Origin: an uncultured Candidatus Saccharibacteria bacterium
Lineage (GTDB): Bacteria; Patescibacteriota; Minisyncoccia; Phycocordibacterales; UBA9973
Assembly: GCA_964522195.1 (NCBI GenBank)
Contig: CAZFSV010000001.1
Coordinates: 44,680 to 108,679 of the forward strand
Reading direction: 5' to 3'
Length of the DNA stretch: 64,000 nucleotides
Below the pieces are notes generated by a model that was not told where the DNA came from, did no database searches, and worked only from the letters and a program-made list of their open reading frames with translations. Numbering within the stretch: position 1 is the stretch's first letter; every line of letters begins with the position of its first letter. Positions 50,348-60,492 of the stretch are shown piece by piece. Both the position numbers and the translations under genes were made by a program.

Positions 50348-51439
50348 TTGTTTTATATGTTAGTCAATTTCTTGCAAAAAGGCTCTTTTGAGAGTATATT
50401 TTATATATTAAAAAATTTTATGCATAAGAAAGTTAATACTAAATCTAAAGAAGAACTTTTGCGAGATATTGAAAATGAGGATTTTGCTCGTAAGACTTTA
50501 TCTTTTTATAAATACGTCAAAATAGAAAATCCAAAAGATATGAGAGATTTTCTATTTGATAAATTCTCTGAACTTAAGTGTTTAGGTAGAATTTATGTAG
50601 CTCACGAAGGAATAAACGCTCAGATGAATGTGCCTGAACATAATTGGGAAAAGTTTGATTCTTTCATTCAAAATATTCCTGAGTTTAAAGGAGCACCTTA
50701 TAAGGTGGCAGTAGAAGAAGTTGGTAAATCAAGTTTCTTGAAACTTATAGTTAAAGTCCGCCCAAAAATAGTAGCTGATGGACTTGATGATTCTACTTTT
50801 GATCCTGCTAATACTGGGGAATATGCGACGGCTGAAGATGTAAATAATATGATAGATCGTGGAGTTACTGTGATAGATATGCGCAATATTTACGAAGCAG
50901 CTATTGGGCATTTTGAAAATGCTAAATTGATGAATGTAGATACTTTTAGAGAGCAGCTCAAAAAAGTAACGGATATGTTTAAAGACAAAAAAGATGAAGA
51001 AGTCTTGCTTTATTGTACTGGAGGTATTCGTTGCGAGAAAGCTTCGGCTTGGATGAAGCATAATGGTTTTAAAAATGTTAAGCATATAAAAGGAGGTATA
51101 ATTGATTACGCTCATCAAGTAAAAGAAAAAGGATTACAAAACAAATTCAAAGGTAAGAATTTTGTTTTTGATGAAAGAATGGGGGAGAGAATAGGGGATG
51201 AAATTATCTCTTATTGTCAGGCTTGCGAGAAAGCTAAATCCGACGATTATATTCACTGTAGAAACACTTCTTGCCATGTTTTGTTTATTTGTTGCAAGAA
51301 TTGCGAGACTAAGCTTTCTGGATATTGTAGTAAAATTTGCCATATTTGTGATAAATTCCCTAAAAAGGTTAATCAATTGATAGTAGGTAAAAATAGGCAA
51401 AAGCATAAAAATCAATTTAAGAAAAATTATAAAAGATAA
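50348..51439 (+). CDS. trhO: Rhodanese-domain protein TrhO/YceA family (tRNA U34 hydroxylase); true start may be internal Met (MHKKVN)
   Basis: Rhodanese active-site loop YCTGGIRCEKASAWM; C-terminal Cys-rich tail typical of YceA. Confidence 0.7.
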   Translation: MFYMLVNFLQKGSFESIFYILKNFMHKKVNTKSKEELLRDIENEDFARKTLSFYKYVKIENPKDMRDFLFDKFSELKCLGRIYVAHEGINAQMNVPEHNWEKFDSFIQNIPEFKGAPYKVAVEEVGKSSFLKLIVKVRPKIVADGLDDSTFDPANTGEYATAEDVNNMIDRGVTVIDMRNIYEAAIGHFENAKLMNVDTFREQLKKVTDMFKDKKDEEVLLYCTGGIRCEKASAWMKHNGFKNVKHIKGGIIDYAHQVKEKGLQNKFKGKNFVFDERMGERIGDEIISYCQACEKAKSDDYIHCRNTSCHVLFICCKNCETKLSGYCSKICHICDKFPKKVNQLIVGKNRQKHKNQFKKNYKR

Positions 51440-51440
51440 A

Positions 51441-51466
51441 CAAAAATCCCTTAAAAGGGATTTTTG
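51441..51466. terminator. Bidirectional terminator between trhO and pheS
   Basis: caaaaatccctt-aaaa-gggatttttg. Confidence 0.75.
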
Positions 51467-51467
51467 T

Positions 51468-52604
51468 TTATCTTACTTGAGCATTAAATTTTAGAGTTGT
51501 TTCTTCTTCTAGTTTTTTGTGAAGAATATCTATTTCTTCACTAGTTAAGGTTCTCTCTATTGAGCGGTAAACGATATGGAAAGCATAACTCATTTTATCA
51601 GAACCGAATTTAGTGTCGTTTTCATATTTATCAAGTAAACTAATTTCTTCTACTAAATCTCCTGCAATTTCGCGGGCCAAATCAAAGTAATCATTAGGTA
51701 CGAAAGTCTTAGGAACTATAAAAGATATATCTCGTGCAATAGGAGGGAATTTTGAAACCTCGTTGAATTTTTGACCTAGATTAAGTTGCTTGGTAACTCT
51801 CTCATCGTTACTCCAAAGTAAGCGTATATCAGGCAAATCCATACTTATAATAGCAAGACGTTCAAGCCCAAAACCAAAAGCCCAATTACTCCATTTTTCT
51901 GGATCAAGTCCTAGATTCTTAATAATTGTATCAGTCATAATTCCGCAACCTAAAACTTCAACCCACCTGTCTCCAATTAGAACTTCCATCTCAAGTGACG
52001 GATCAGTATAAGGAAAAGTATCTTTATTAAAACGATATTGTATATTTTCTCCAAAAACAGCTTTTGCAATATCAGATAAAACATTTTGTAAATCCTCTAT
52101 AGTAATTTCTTTTTTACTTTTTGGAATTAAAAATCCTCCATCCATTTGATGAAAAACATTCATATGGTTTCTATCAATTTCATCTTTACGATAAACTTTA
52201 CCAAAAGAGAAAAATCCTAAAGTTTCTTCATTTACTATTTTCTTTTTAATTTCTTCTTGGGTTAAATAGTAATACCACATTACAGTAGTATGAGGACGAA
52301 GTATATATTTATCATCCAAGAAATAAGTATCTGAACGAGAGCGAGCAGGGTGATCTGGAGCGAAATTATATAAATCAAAAGTCACATCAGTAGGTACCAT
52401 TTCGGGAGCTTTAATAATATCAAAATTCTTAAATTCTTCTATGTTTAATATTCGTTTTACTATTTCATTTATCGGTGAACCAACCTTTCTAGACAAATCA
52501 TCCATAGAAAGATATCTTTGCATTCGGAGTGCTTCAGTGTCTTTTCTTTGATTTAAATTAGCTTTTAATTCTTCTTGATTGTTAAGTTTAATATTGTATT
52601 CCAT
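51468..52604 (-). CDS. pheS: Phenylalanyl-tRNA synthetase alpha subunit
   Basis: HPARSRSDTYF motif; class II motif 2 FSFGKVYRKDEIDRNHMNVFHQMDG; motif 3 region; no pheT adjacent. Confidence 0.85.
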   Translation of the reverse strand: MEYNIKLNNQEELKANLNQRKDTEALRMQRYLSMDDLSRKVGSPINEIVKRILNIEEFKNFDIIKAPEMVPTDVTFDLYNFAPDHPARSRSDTYFLDDKYILRPHTTVMWYYYLTQEEIKKKIVNEETLGFFSFGKVYRKDEIDRNHMNVFHQMDGGFLIPKSKKEITIEDLQNVLSDIAKAVFGENIQYRFNKDTFPYTDPSLEMEVLIGDRWVEVLGCGIMTDTIIKNLGLDPEKWSNWAFGFGLERLAIISMDLPDIRLLWSNDERVTKQLNLGQKFNEVSKFPPIARDISFIVPKTFVPNDYFDLAREIAGDLVEEISLLDKYENDTKFGSDKMSYAFHIVYRSIERTLTSEEIDILHKKLEEETTLKFNAQVR

Positions 52605-52640
52605 CTTTTAAATATAATGAAAAATTAAGGAAAAGTAAAC

Positions 52641-52677
52641 CCCGCACGAAAAAATTCTAGGAATTTTTTCGTGCGGG
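52641..52677 (-). promoter_or_regulatory. Perfect 16-bp-stem hairpin in pheS 5' leader (candidate attenuator/regulatory structure)
   Basis: cccgcacgaaaaaatt-ctagg-aattttttcgtgcggg, 36-72 nt upstream of pheS start, in divergent intergenic region. Confidence 0.4.
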
Positions 52678-52775
52678 TCAAAGTTGGTTTTGTATTATAT
52701 TTTTGTTATAATAACCTTAAATCTGATTTGAGAAATTAGATTATTTATGTAAATTAGTTTTTGTAACATTTTACA

Positions 52776-53780
52776 ATGTTTAAAAAAAATAAGTTAAAAA
52801 TAGATAAATTTAAAAAATATTTTTTTTCCGACAGAATTATTTATATTTTTATTATACTAATATTAGTCTGTTTAATTATTTTTAATAAACCCGAAGATAG
52901 AAATAAATTTTTAATTTCTCACGATAAATCAACTCAATATCAATTTACCAATCCTATACTTGATTGTGAATTCGAGATAGAGAATTCTGCTTTGTTTTTG
53001 GAAGATATCAATAAAGAAACAAATAAATTAAAAACTAAATATAGTTTAGACTCTTTTTCTTTTTATTACAGAGAGCTAAATAATGGAGTTTGGTTTGGTA
53101 TTAATGAAAAAGAATATTTTTCACCAGCCAGTTTATTGAAAGTGCCTATACTAGTTGGATTTTTAAAAAATGTTGAAAAAGATAATTCATTATTAAATAA
53201 AAAAGTGATAGTTCAAGAACAAGATTTTGTAGAGAATGTTAATTCTAATATTGTTTCATATAACTTGCTTGAAAGAAATAGAGAATATTCATTACTTGAA
53301 GTTGCAGAACATTTAATTCAAAAATCTGACAATACCGCTATACCTATTTTATTTGAAAATATTTCAGAAGATTACCTTGAAGAAGTTTTTAAAGCAGTTG
53401 GTTTGAATGCTATAGATGGAGAACATGACACTGAGATTCGCGTGAAAGATTATGCAGGTCTTTTTAGAGTTTTGTTTAACTCTTCTTATTTGGGTAGAGA
53501 TATGTCTGAATTAGCATTAAATATCTTATCAAGCACTGAGTTTGATCAAGGTATTGTAGCTGGTCTTCCAAAAAACATTAAAGTTTCTCATAAATTCGGA
53601 GAAAGAAAAATTGATAATTTGAAAAATAATACTCAATTGCATGATTGTGGAATAGTTTATTATCCTGACAATCCTTATATTTTTTGTGTTATGACAAGAG
53701 GTGATGATTTTAATAATCAAGCTAATTTTATTAGAGATTTATCTGAATTTATTTTTAGTCAAGTAGATAAAAATAAATAA
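52776..53780 (+). CDS. Class A beta-lactamase-like serine hydrolase with N-terminal membrane anchor
   Basis: S-x-x-K motif FSPASLLKVP, N-terminal TM; 334 aa. Confidence 0.45.
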   Translation: MFKKNKLKIDKFKKYFFSDRIIYIFIILILVCLIIFNKPEDRNKFLISHDKSTQYQFTNPILDCEFEIENSALFLEDINKETNKLKTKYSLDSFSFYYRELNNGVWFGINEKEYFSPASLLKVPILVGFLKNVEKDNSLLNKKVIVQEQDFVENVNSNIVSYNLLERNREYSLLEVAEHLIQKSDNTAIPILFENISEDYLEEVFKAVGLNAIDGEHDTEIRVKDYAGLFRVLFNSSYLGRDMSELALNILSSTEFDQGIVAGLPKNIKVSHKFGERKIDNLKNNTQLHDCGIVYYPDNPYIFCVMTRGDDFNNQANFIRDLSEFIFSQVDKNK

Positions 53781-53846
53781 TAAAACAAGCTAATTTTTAT
53801 TTAAATAAGCTGGTTTTTAGTATTTTTTTTGCTATAATATATTAAT

Positions 53847-55922
53847 ATGGCAAAAGACAAAGAAACTAAAAAAGGTAGCTATGGAGCGGATCAAATATCT
53901 GTTCTTGAAGGTTTAGAACCAGTTCGTAAGCGTCCGGGTATGTATATCGGAACTACAGGTCCTGATGGTATGCATCACTTAATTTGGGAAATTTTTGATA
54001 ACTCTCGTGATGAGGCTATGGGTGGTTATGCAAACGATATTGAAATAGTACTTCTACCGGGAAACACAATTCGTGTAGCTGATAATGGTCGTGGTATTCC
54101 TGTTGATGTTCATAGTAAAACAAAAGTTTCTGCCTTAGAAACAGTTATGACTACTTTGCATGCTGGAGGTAAATTTGGAGGAGAAGGTTCAGGTTATAAA
54201 GTCTCTGGAGGACTTCACGGCGTAGGTGCTTCTGTTGTAAATGCTTTGTCTATTTATTGTAAAGCTATTGTTCATCGTGACGGAGGTAAACACTGTCAAG
54301 AATATTCCCAAGGTAAGAAAAAAGGTCCTGTAAAAAAAGTAGGTAGTTCAAAGAATAACGGAACTATTGTTACTTTTACTCCGGATGAAGAGATTTTTGG
54401 TAAAATTTTATTTGATTGGAATACTGTTGTGAATCATGTTCGTCAGCAAGCTTATTTAGTTAAAGGTTTACGTATTTCTGTTATTGATGCTCGTGATATG
54501 GATGCAGAAGCATTAGTCTATTCTAAAAAAGAAAAATTAGACCCAGACGAAGTTCATTACTTTAGAGAATTAGGTCTTGAGGTTCCTTCTATTACTTATT
54601 ATTTTGAAGGAGGTTTAATTTCTTTGGTTAAGTATTATAATAAATTCCAAAAAGCGGTTCAAAATAATATTTTTTATATTGAAAAAGAATTAGATGGAGT
54701 TCAGGTTGAAATTGCTTTGCAATATGTAGACGATATTGCTGATCGTATTGTAGCTTTTGCTAACAATATCTATACACCTCAAGGCGGTACTCATGTTACC
54801 GGTTTTAAAACAGCATTAACTCGTACATTAAATACATACTGCAAGAAAAATGAAATGCTTAAAGAATCCGAAGGAGGATTTACTGGGGAAGACGTGCTCG
54901 AAGGTTTGACTGTTGTGGTTTCTGTGAAATTACCTGAAATTCAATTTGAAGGTCAAACAAAAGCAAAGCTTGGTTCTATGGAAGCTCAAGGAGCAACTGC
55001 AACAGTTTTTGGTGAAGCTTTTGCTGCCTTCCTTGAAGAAAATCCTGATGATGCAAAAGTAATAATCAATAAATCAATTCTTGCATTAAAGGCTCGTAAA
55101 GCAGCAAAAGCTGCGAAAGATTCAGTATTGCGTAAAGGAGCACTCGAAGGTATGACTTTACCTGGAAAACTTGCAGACTGTCAAACAAAATCAGCGGAAG
55201 AATCAGAATTATTCATAGTAGAGGGAGACTCTGCGGGAGGTTCAGCTAAGCAAGGTCGGGATAGAAGAACTCAAGCAATTCTTCCACTTCGTGGAAAAAT
55301 CTTAAACGTAGAAAGAGCTCGTATTGATAAAATGCTCGCTTCGAAAGAGGTTCGGGCTTTAGTTATTGCTATGGGTGCATCAATAGGAGACACTTTTGAT
55401 TTAGAGAAAATGCGTTATCATAAAATAATTATTGCAACTGATGCCGACGTTGACGGTTCTCATATTCGTACTTTGCTTTTAACTTTATTCTACAGATATT
55501 TCAGGCCAATTATTGATGCAGGATATATTTATATAGCTCAACCACCTTTATATAAACTTAAAAAAGGAAAAGAAATTCATTATGCTTATACTGATGAAGA
55601 AAGAAATAAAATTGTTGGTAAAGAAGTTGATATCGCTGAAATTGTAAATGCTGAAGATGAAGTAAAGGAAGAAGAAACCGAAGAAGAAGTAAAAGTAAAA
55701 TCAGGTAAATTTCATATTCAAAGATACAAAGGTCTCGGAGAAATGAACCCTGAAGAGCTTTGGGAAACAACTATGGATCCTAAAAACAGAGTCTTAAAAA
55801 GAGTAGATATTACAGACGCCGAAGAAGCCAATAAAGTATTTGATATATTGATGGGCTCCGAAGTTCCACCAAGAAAATCCTTTATTCAGTCTAACGCTAA
55901 AATGGCTGAGATTGATATATAA
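53847..55922 (+). CDS. gyrB: DNA gyrase subunit B
   Basis: GHKL ATPase (EIFDNSRDEA, LHAGGKFGG..GYKVSGGLHGVGASVVNALS), TOPRIM (EGDSAGGSA), GyrB C-terminal tail. Confidence 0.9.
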   Translation: MAKDKETKKGSYGADQISVLEGLEPVRKRPGMYIGTTGPDGMHHLIWEIFDNSRDEAMGGYANDIEIVLLPGNTIRVADNGRGIPVDVHSKTKVSALETVMTTLHAGGKFGGEGSGYKVSGGLHGVGASVVNALSIYCKAIVHRDGGKHCQEYSQGKKKGPVKKVGSSKNNGTIVTFTPDEEIFGKILFDWNTVVNHVRQQAYLVKGLRISVIDARDMDAEALVYSKKEKLDPDEVHYFRELGLEVPSITYYFEGGLISLVKYYNKFQKAVQNNIFYIEKELDGVQVEIALQYVDDIADRIVAFANNIYTPQGGTHVTGFKTALTRTLNTYCKKNEMLKESEGGFTGEDVLEGLTVVVSVKLPEIQFEGQTKAKLGSMEAQGATATVFGEAFAAFLEENPDDAKVIINKSILALKARKAAKAAKDSVLRKGALEGMTLPGKLADCQTKSAEESELFIVEGDSAGGSAKQGRDRRTQAILPLRGKILNVERARIDKMLASKEVRALVIAMGASIGDTFDLEKMRYHKIIIATDADVDGSHIRTLLLTLFYRYFRPIIDAGYIYIAQPPLYKLKKGKEIHYAYTDEERNKIVGKEVDIAEIVNAEDEVKEEETEEEVKVKSGKFHIQRYKGLGEMNPEELWETTMDPKNRVLKRVDITDAEEANKVFDILMGSEVPPRKSFIQSNAKMAEIDI

Positions 55923-55934
55923 AACTTAAAACAA

Positions 55935-55960
55935 AAACCTCTCCATTGAGAGGTTTTTTA
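55935..55960. terminator. Bidirectional terminator between gyrB and thrS
   Basis: aaacctctc-cattg-agaggtttttt. Confidence 0.75.
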
Positions 55961-57709
55961 TTAATTCAAACTTTTATTTTTGATTTCTTCTTTTAATTTT
56001 AGAATAAAATTCTCTAGAGTTATTTCTTGTTTGTCGGTACGACTTTCTACTGTTAGGTTACCACTTTCGAGTTCTTTATCACCCAAGACTATTACGTATG
56101 GGACTTTTTGAGCTTTAGCGTGATTGATTCTTTTACCTAAGGAATTATTGTCGTCTTCTAATTCTACGCGTATGCCTTCCTTTTTTAAAGCTTCATAGAT
56201 TTCTCTAGCTTTATCATTATGATTCTCTCTGACCGGTACGATAGAGACTTGGACAGGGGAAAGCCAGGTAGGGAAAGCGCCTTCAAAATGTTCGATTAAA
56301 AAACCAATAAATCTTTCATGTGTACCTAAAGGGGCACGATGAATAACAGCAGGAATTTTTTTTGTCCCATCTTGGTCTGTATATTCTAAGTTAAAAGCTT
56401 TACCCATATATAAATCAAGTTGATTTGTTGAAGCAGTAAAAGCTCTACCTGTTGATGAAAATATTTGAAAATCCATTTTTGGTCCATAAAAAGCGGCACC
56501 TTCATTAACTACAGTAAATGGCACTTTAGATTTTTCCATAGCCTCTTTTGTCATATTTTCAGCTTCTTTCCAGTCTTTCTCATTGCCATGATATTTATCC
56601 ATATTGTTAGGGTCTCTCAGCGCTAATTCCATTTGGTAATTATTTATACCAAGAATTTTATAATAATATTCATGTAATTTGATTACGTTAACAAATTCAT
56701 CTACCGCTTTTTCTTTTTGTATATAAATATGAGCATCATTCATCTGCATTCCTCTTACACGCATAAGTCCAAATAAGCTTCCTGAGTCCTCATATCTATG
56801 GCACCAGCCATATTCTGCAAATCTTACAGGTAAATCCCTATAACTTTTAGGTCTAGCTGCATAAGTTTTGTGATGAAAAGGACAGTTCATTGGTTTGATG
56901 TAGTAATTTTCATTTTCTATTTCTATAGGAGCATACATACTTTGTTTATATAAAGGTAAATGGCCTGATGTATAAAAAAGATTCTCTTTTGTGATAATAG
57001 GAGTAGTAACTCTTTGATATCCCCATTTTTCTTCTGTTTCTTTTGCCCAATTTTCTAATTCTTCTTTGATTATGTTACCTTTAGGTAGCCAAATTGGTAA
57101 ACCTTTACCTATTGATTCATCAAAATAAAATAAATCTAATTTTTCTCCTAATGTTCTATGATCTCTTCTTAAAGCTTCTTCTCTTTGCGAAATATAATTT
57201 TCTAATTCTTCTTTTGTGTCAAAAGCGAGTCCATAAATACGAGTTAGCATTTTATTTTTTTCATCTCCTCGCCAATACGCTCCCGCGACCCGGTCGAGTT
57301 TAAATGAATCAATATTTATTTCTTTGCTAGGGTTCTCAGAATGTCCTCCACGGCAAAGATCAGTAAAATCTTCACAAGTATAGAAAGTTATTTTTTCACC
57401 TTTTTCGGCTATTTCATTTATGAGTTCTAATTTGTAAGGATTATTTTTAAAGTTTTCTTTTGCTTCTTCTTTAGTCTTTTCTTGGTGAGTAAAAATTTCC
57501 CAATTCTTCAAAGACTTTTTCATTTCTTTTTCTATTTTTACTAAATCGTTTTCTGAAAAAGGATTTGTGAATTCAAAGTCGTAATAAAAGCCGTTTTCAA
57601 TAGCAGGCCCTATTGTGTTTTTAGTATCTGGATAAAGTTTTAATACTGCATCTGCAAGCAGGTGAGCGAGTGTGTGTCTTTTGTTTTCTAAATTTTTATT
57701 GTTTTCCAT
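55961..57709 (-). CDS. thrS: Threonyl-tRNA synthetase (lacks N-terminal TGS domain)
   Basis: Editing-domain motif HTLAHLLADAV, class II motif KSYRDLPVRFAEYGWCHRYE, anticodon-binding C-terminal domain. Confidence 0.85.
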   Translation of the reverse strand: MENNKNLENKRHTLAHLLADAVLKLYPDTKNTIGPAIENGFYYDFEFTNPFSENDLVKIEKEMKKSLKNWEIFTHQEKTKEEAKENFKNNPYKLELINEIAEKGEKITFYTCEDFTDLCRGGHSENPSKEINIDSFKLDRVAGAYWRGDEKNKMLTRIYGLAFDTKEELENYISQREEALRRDHRTLGEKLDLFYFDESIGKGLPIWLPKGNIIKEELENWAKETEEKWGYQRVTTPIITKENLFYTSGHLPLYKQSMYAPIEIENENYYIKPMNCPFHHKTYAARPKSYRDLPVRFAEYGWCHRYEDSGSLFGLMRVRGMQMNDAHIYIQKEKAVDEFVNVIKLHEYYYKILGINNYQMELALRDPNNMDKYHGNEKDWKEAENMTKEAMEKSKVPFTVVNEGAAFYGPKMDFQIFSSTGRAFTASTNQLDLYMGKAFNLEYTDQDGTKKIPAVIHRAPLGTHERFIGFLIEHFEGAFPTWLSPVQVSIVPVRENHNDKAREIYEALKKEGIRVELEDDNNSLGKRINHAKAQKVPYVIVLGDKELESGNLTVESRTDKQEITLENFILKLKEEIKNKSLN

Positions 57710-57872
57710 CTCAGTCTTAAAATTTAATTTTTAATGTTATTTTTTATTGCCTGTGATTAAAATTTTAATACAGGACAAGTAATATCTCTAAATAATAGCA
57801 AAAAATAAAGACTTTTCATATACTTGACTTTTAATTTTTATGTGATAATATATTTTTGATACAAAGTTCGTT

Positions 57873-58502
57873 GTGATCTTTGAAATTTTTTTTAATTTCC
57901 AAAAACAGTTTGTAATGGAAAATAATGTTTTAACAAAATCCCAATTTGAGGAAACCTTCAATTTTCTGAAAACTATGGGTTATTCAGAAATCCGTTTCCC
58001 GGGTGGAACAGATAAAAACTACGATCATTTTTCTGGAGTGATAATTTATCAATACAACTCAGAAAAAAAGAAAGTGTTTTTTTTGGTTGTACCTTACAAC
58101 TCAGACTTTTTTAAAAGTCACGAGGAAGACAGAAGTAGAAAACCACAAAAAGAAACTTATAAAAAAACTGCAGTTCGAGAGGTCTATGAAGAAACAGGCC
58201 TTATTGTTTCTCAAGACCATTTAATTGAACTCCCCGAAGCTCGTTTTGTGGCGAAGAAAAATGTTGGTACTGGAACCCATACCAAAAATTGGTTTATTAC
58301 TAACAATTTTTCAGGTCATCCAGCTAAATTCGAAGCTGGAAATCTTATTGAGGCTGAGACCGCCTCGCCGATGTGGGTAGAGGGAACAATATTAAAAGAA
58401 TTTCTTTCAAGAAAGCACAAAATTGCTTTCGAGAAAGGTGTCAATTATCTGGCAAGCAAAGATAGAGAACTTTGCATGGCCATGATGGATTATCTTGATT
58501 AA
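57873..58502 (+). CDS. NUDIX hydrolase (start possibly at internal MENNVL)
   Basis: Nudix box AVREVYEETGL. Confidence 0.7.
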   Translation: MIFEIFFNFQKQFVMENNVLTKSQFEETFNFLKTMGYSEIRFPGGTDKNYDHFSGVIIYQYNSEKKKVFFLVVPYNSDFFKSHEEDRSRKPQKETYKKTAVREVYEETGLIVSQDHLIELPEARFVAKKNVGTGTHTKNWFITNNFSGHPAKFEAGNLIEAETASPMWVEGTILKEFLSRKHKIAFEKGVNYLASKDRELCMAMMDYLD

Positions 58503-58607
58503 TTAAAAAAAGTTAATTCATTAAAAAAGTAAAGCCGGTTTGTTAATAAAATAACACCCGGCTTTTTTATTTTGCATTTTTGTAGATATGTGCTAATATA
58601 GAGAAAT

Positions 58608-58826
58608 ATGGTTATAAGAATGAGACATACAAAAGGGCATACAGGAAACAGGCGTTCCCACCATGCTCTTAAAAATAGAACTTTAGCAATTGATCCTGAA
58701 ACAGGAACAAAGCATTTAAGACACCGTGTTAATCCTACTACAGGAATGTATAAAGGAAGACAAGTTTTAAATATTGTTAAAAAAGTAGAAAAGAAACAAA
58801 AAAAAGCTAAAGCTAAGACTGCTTAA
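58608..58826 (+). CDS. rpmF: 50S ribosomal protein bL32
   Basis: RRSHHAL...KHLRHRV...G.YKGRQVL pattern characteristic of L32. Confidence 0.7.
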   Translation: MVIRMRHTKGHTGNRRSHHALKNRTLAIDPETGTKHLRHRVNPTTGMYKGRQVLNIVKKVEKKQKKAKAKTA

Positions 58827-58868
58827 TTTTTAGCTTTTTTATTTTGTGTTTTTTATATTAAATCAATT

Positions 58869-59795
58869 ATGGCAAACAGGCACCTTTCAAGATCAATAGT
58901 TCTTCAGACTCTCTTTGAGTGGGATTTTATGACGTCTAAAGAAAATCCTAAAGATTTCAATAAAGAAGATATTGAAAATTCTTTAAAAAGAAATTTAGAA
59001 GAATTTGCTCCTGGACTAGAAGACGATAAATTTGTTTTTGGTTTGATAGATTCTATTCTAAAAAAGAAAGCTATTATTGATGAAATAATTACTAAAGCAG
59101 CTCCTGATTGGCCTATTGATAAAATTTCTGTTGTAGACAGAAATATTTTGCGTATTGGTTTAACTGAACTTTTATTTGGAGATAGGCGAGATGTACCTCC
59201 AAAAGTTGCTATAAATGAAGCAATTGAACTTGCAAAAACTTTTGGTGGAGAAAACTCTTCTAAATTTATTAACGGAGTTTTAGGTGCAGTTTATAAAGAA
59301 ATAGGGGAACCAGGCAAAGAAGAAATAAGTAGAAAGAAAAAAATAGAAGAACCAGTAGATATTACTAAATTACCTAAAGAAAAATTAGGTGGAGCTTTAG
59401 TTTTTGCTTATAAAGACAATAATTTGTATTTTGCTTTAGTGCATGATGTGTTTGGTTATTGGACTTTATCTAAAGGTAAAATTGAAGAAAACGAAGATTT
59501 AGAACAAGGAACTAAAAGAGAAATTAAGGAAGAAATTGGACTTGATATAAAAATCATAACTAAATTAGGCGAGAATGAATATGTAGCTAGTCATCCAGAA
59601 AAAGGTAAAAAAGTTAAGAATGTTTCTTATTTTTTAGCTGAATCAGAATATAAAGAACTTAATTTAGAAGTTTCAGGTGGCTTAGATCAAGCCCGTTGGT
59701 TTTCTCTTAAAGAATTACCAGAACTAAAAATTTATAATGATATAGTTCCTCTGATTGCCCGTGCTGTTGAAATTATTTCTAATAATAAAAAATAA
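58869..59795 (+). CDS. nusB: NusB antitermination factor fused to C-terminal NUDIX hydrolase domain
   Basis: N-terminal NusB ([17 protein letters not shown]...[26 protein letters not shown]) ~140 aa, then Nudix box [12 protein letters not shown]. Confidence 0.7.
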   Translation: MANRHLSRSIVLQTLFEWDFMTSKENPKDFNKEDIENSLKRNLEEFAPGLEDDKFVFGLIDSILKKKAIIDEIITKAAPDWPIDKISVVDRNILRIGLTELLFGDRRDVPPKVAINEAIELAKTFGGENSSKFINGVLGAVYKEIGEPGKEEISRKKKIEEPVDITKLPKEKLGGALVFAYKDNNLYFALVHDVFGYWTLSKGKIEENEDLEQGTKREIKEEIGLDIKIITKLGENEYVASHPEKGKKVKNVSYFLAESEYKELNLEVSGGLDQARWFSLKELPELKIYNDIVPLIARAVEIISNNKK

Positions 59796-60492
59796 AATGA
59801 TTGATTTTAGTGATTTTGAAGAAAAAACAAAAATATTTTTTAAAAATAAAGATTTATTAAAACAAGCGTTTATTCATCGTTCATATATAAATGAAAATCC
59901 TCAAATAGGTCTTGCTCACAACGAAAGGCTAGAATTTTTAGGAGATGCTGTTTTAGAGTTAGTAGTGACAGATTTTTTATATTCAAAATATCCTAATTAC
60001 ACAGAAGGAGAATTAACAGCAATTCGGAGCGCTTTAGTGAATGCAATTATTATATCTGATGTTGCCTTTAAATTAGAAATGAATGAGTATTTATTACTTT
60101 CTAAAGGAGAGTCCAAAGATAAAGGTAAGGCTCGTCAATATATTTTAGCCAATACTTATGAGGCTTATGTTGGTGCAGTTTATTTAGATCAAGGTTATGA
60201 AATTGCAAAAGTTTTTATTGATCATACTTTGTTAATACATACAGAAACAATTGTGAAAAATAAATTATGGAGAGATGCAAAAAGTTTAGTTCAAGAAAAA
60301 GCTCAAGAGCATGTTGGAGTTACTCCTTCTTATAAAGTTTTAAATGAATCTGGTCCAGATCATGATAAGTATTTTACTGTTGGAATTTATTTTGGTTCTA
60401 ATTTGATAGGTCAAGGTAAAGGTCATTCAAAACAAGAAGCAGAACAACAAGCAGCACTCAATGCATTAAAAATAAATAATTGGATTGATTAA
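59794..60492 (+). CDS. rnc: Ribonuclease III (start chosen at MIDFSDFEE; ORF track begins 59755)
   Basis: RNase III signature ERLEFLGDAVLELVV, catalytic E in YEAYVGAVYLDQG, C-terminal dsRBD. Confidence 0.85.
   Translation, partial: KMIDFSDFEEKTKIFFKNKDLLKQAFIHRSYINENPQIGLAHNERLEFLGDAVLELVVTDFLYSKYPNYTEGELTAIRSALVNAIIISDVAFKLEMNEYLLLSKGESKDKGKARQYILANTYEAYVGAVYLDQGYEIAKVFIDHTLLIHTETIVKNKLWRDAKSLVQEKAQEHVGVTPSYKVLNESGPDHDKYFTVGIYFGSNLIGQGKGHSKQEAEQQAALNALKINNWID

Noticed and set aside
52605-52775. Possible T-box riboswitch upstream of pheS
   Set aside because: Leader is too short (~170 nt) and lacks the conserved T-box sequence (AAUUAGGGUGGNACCGCG). Only a simple hairpin is present.
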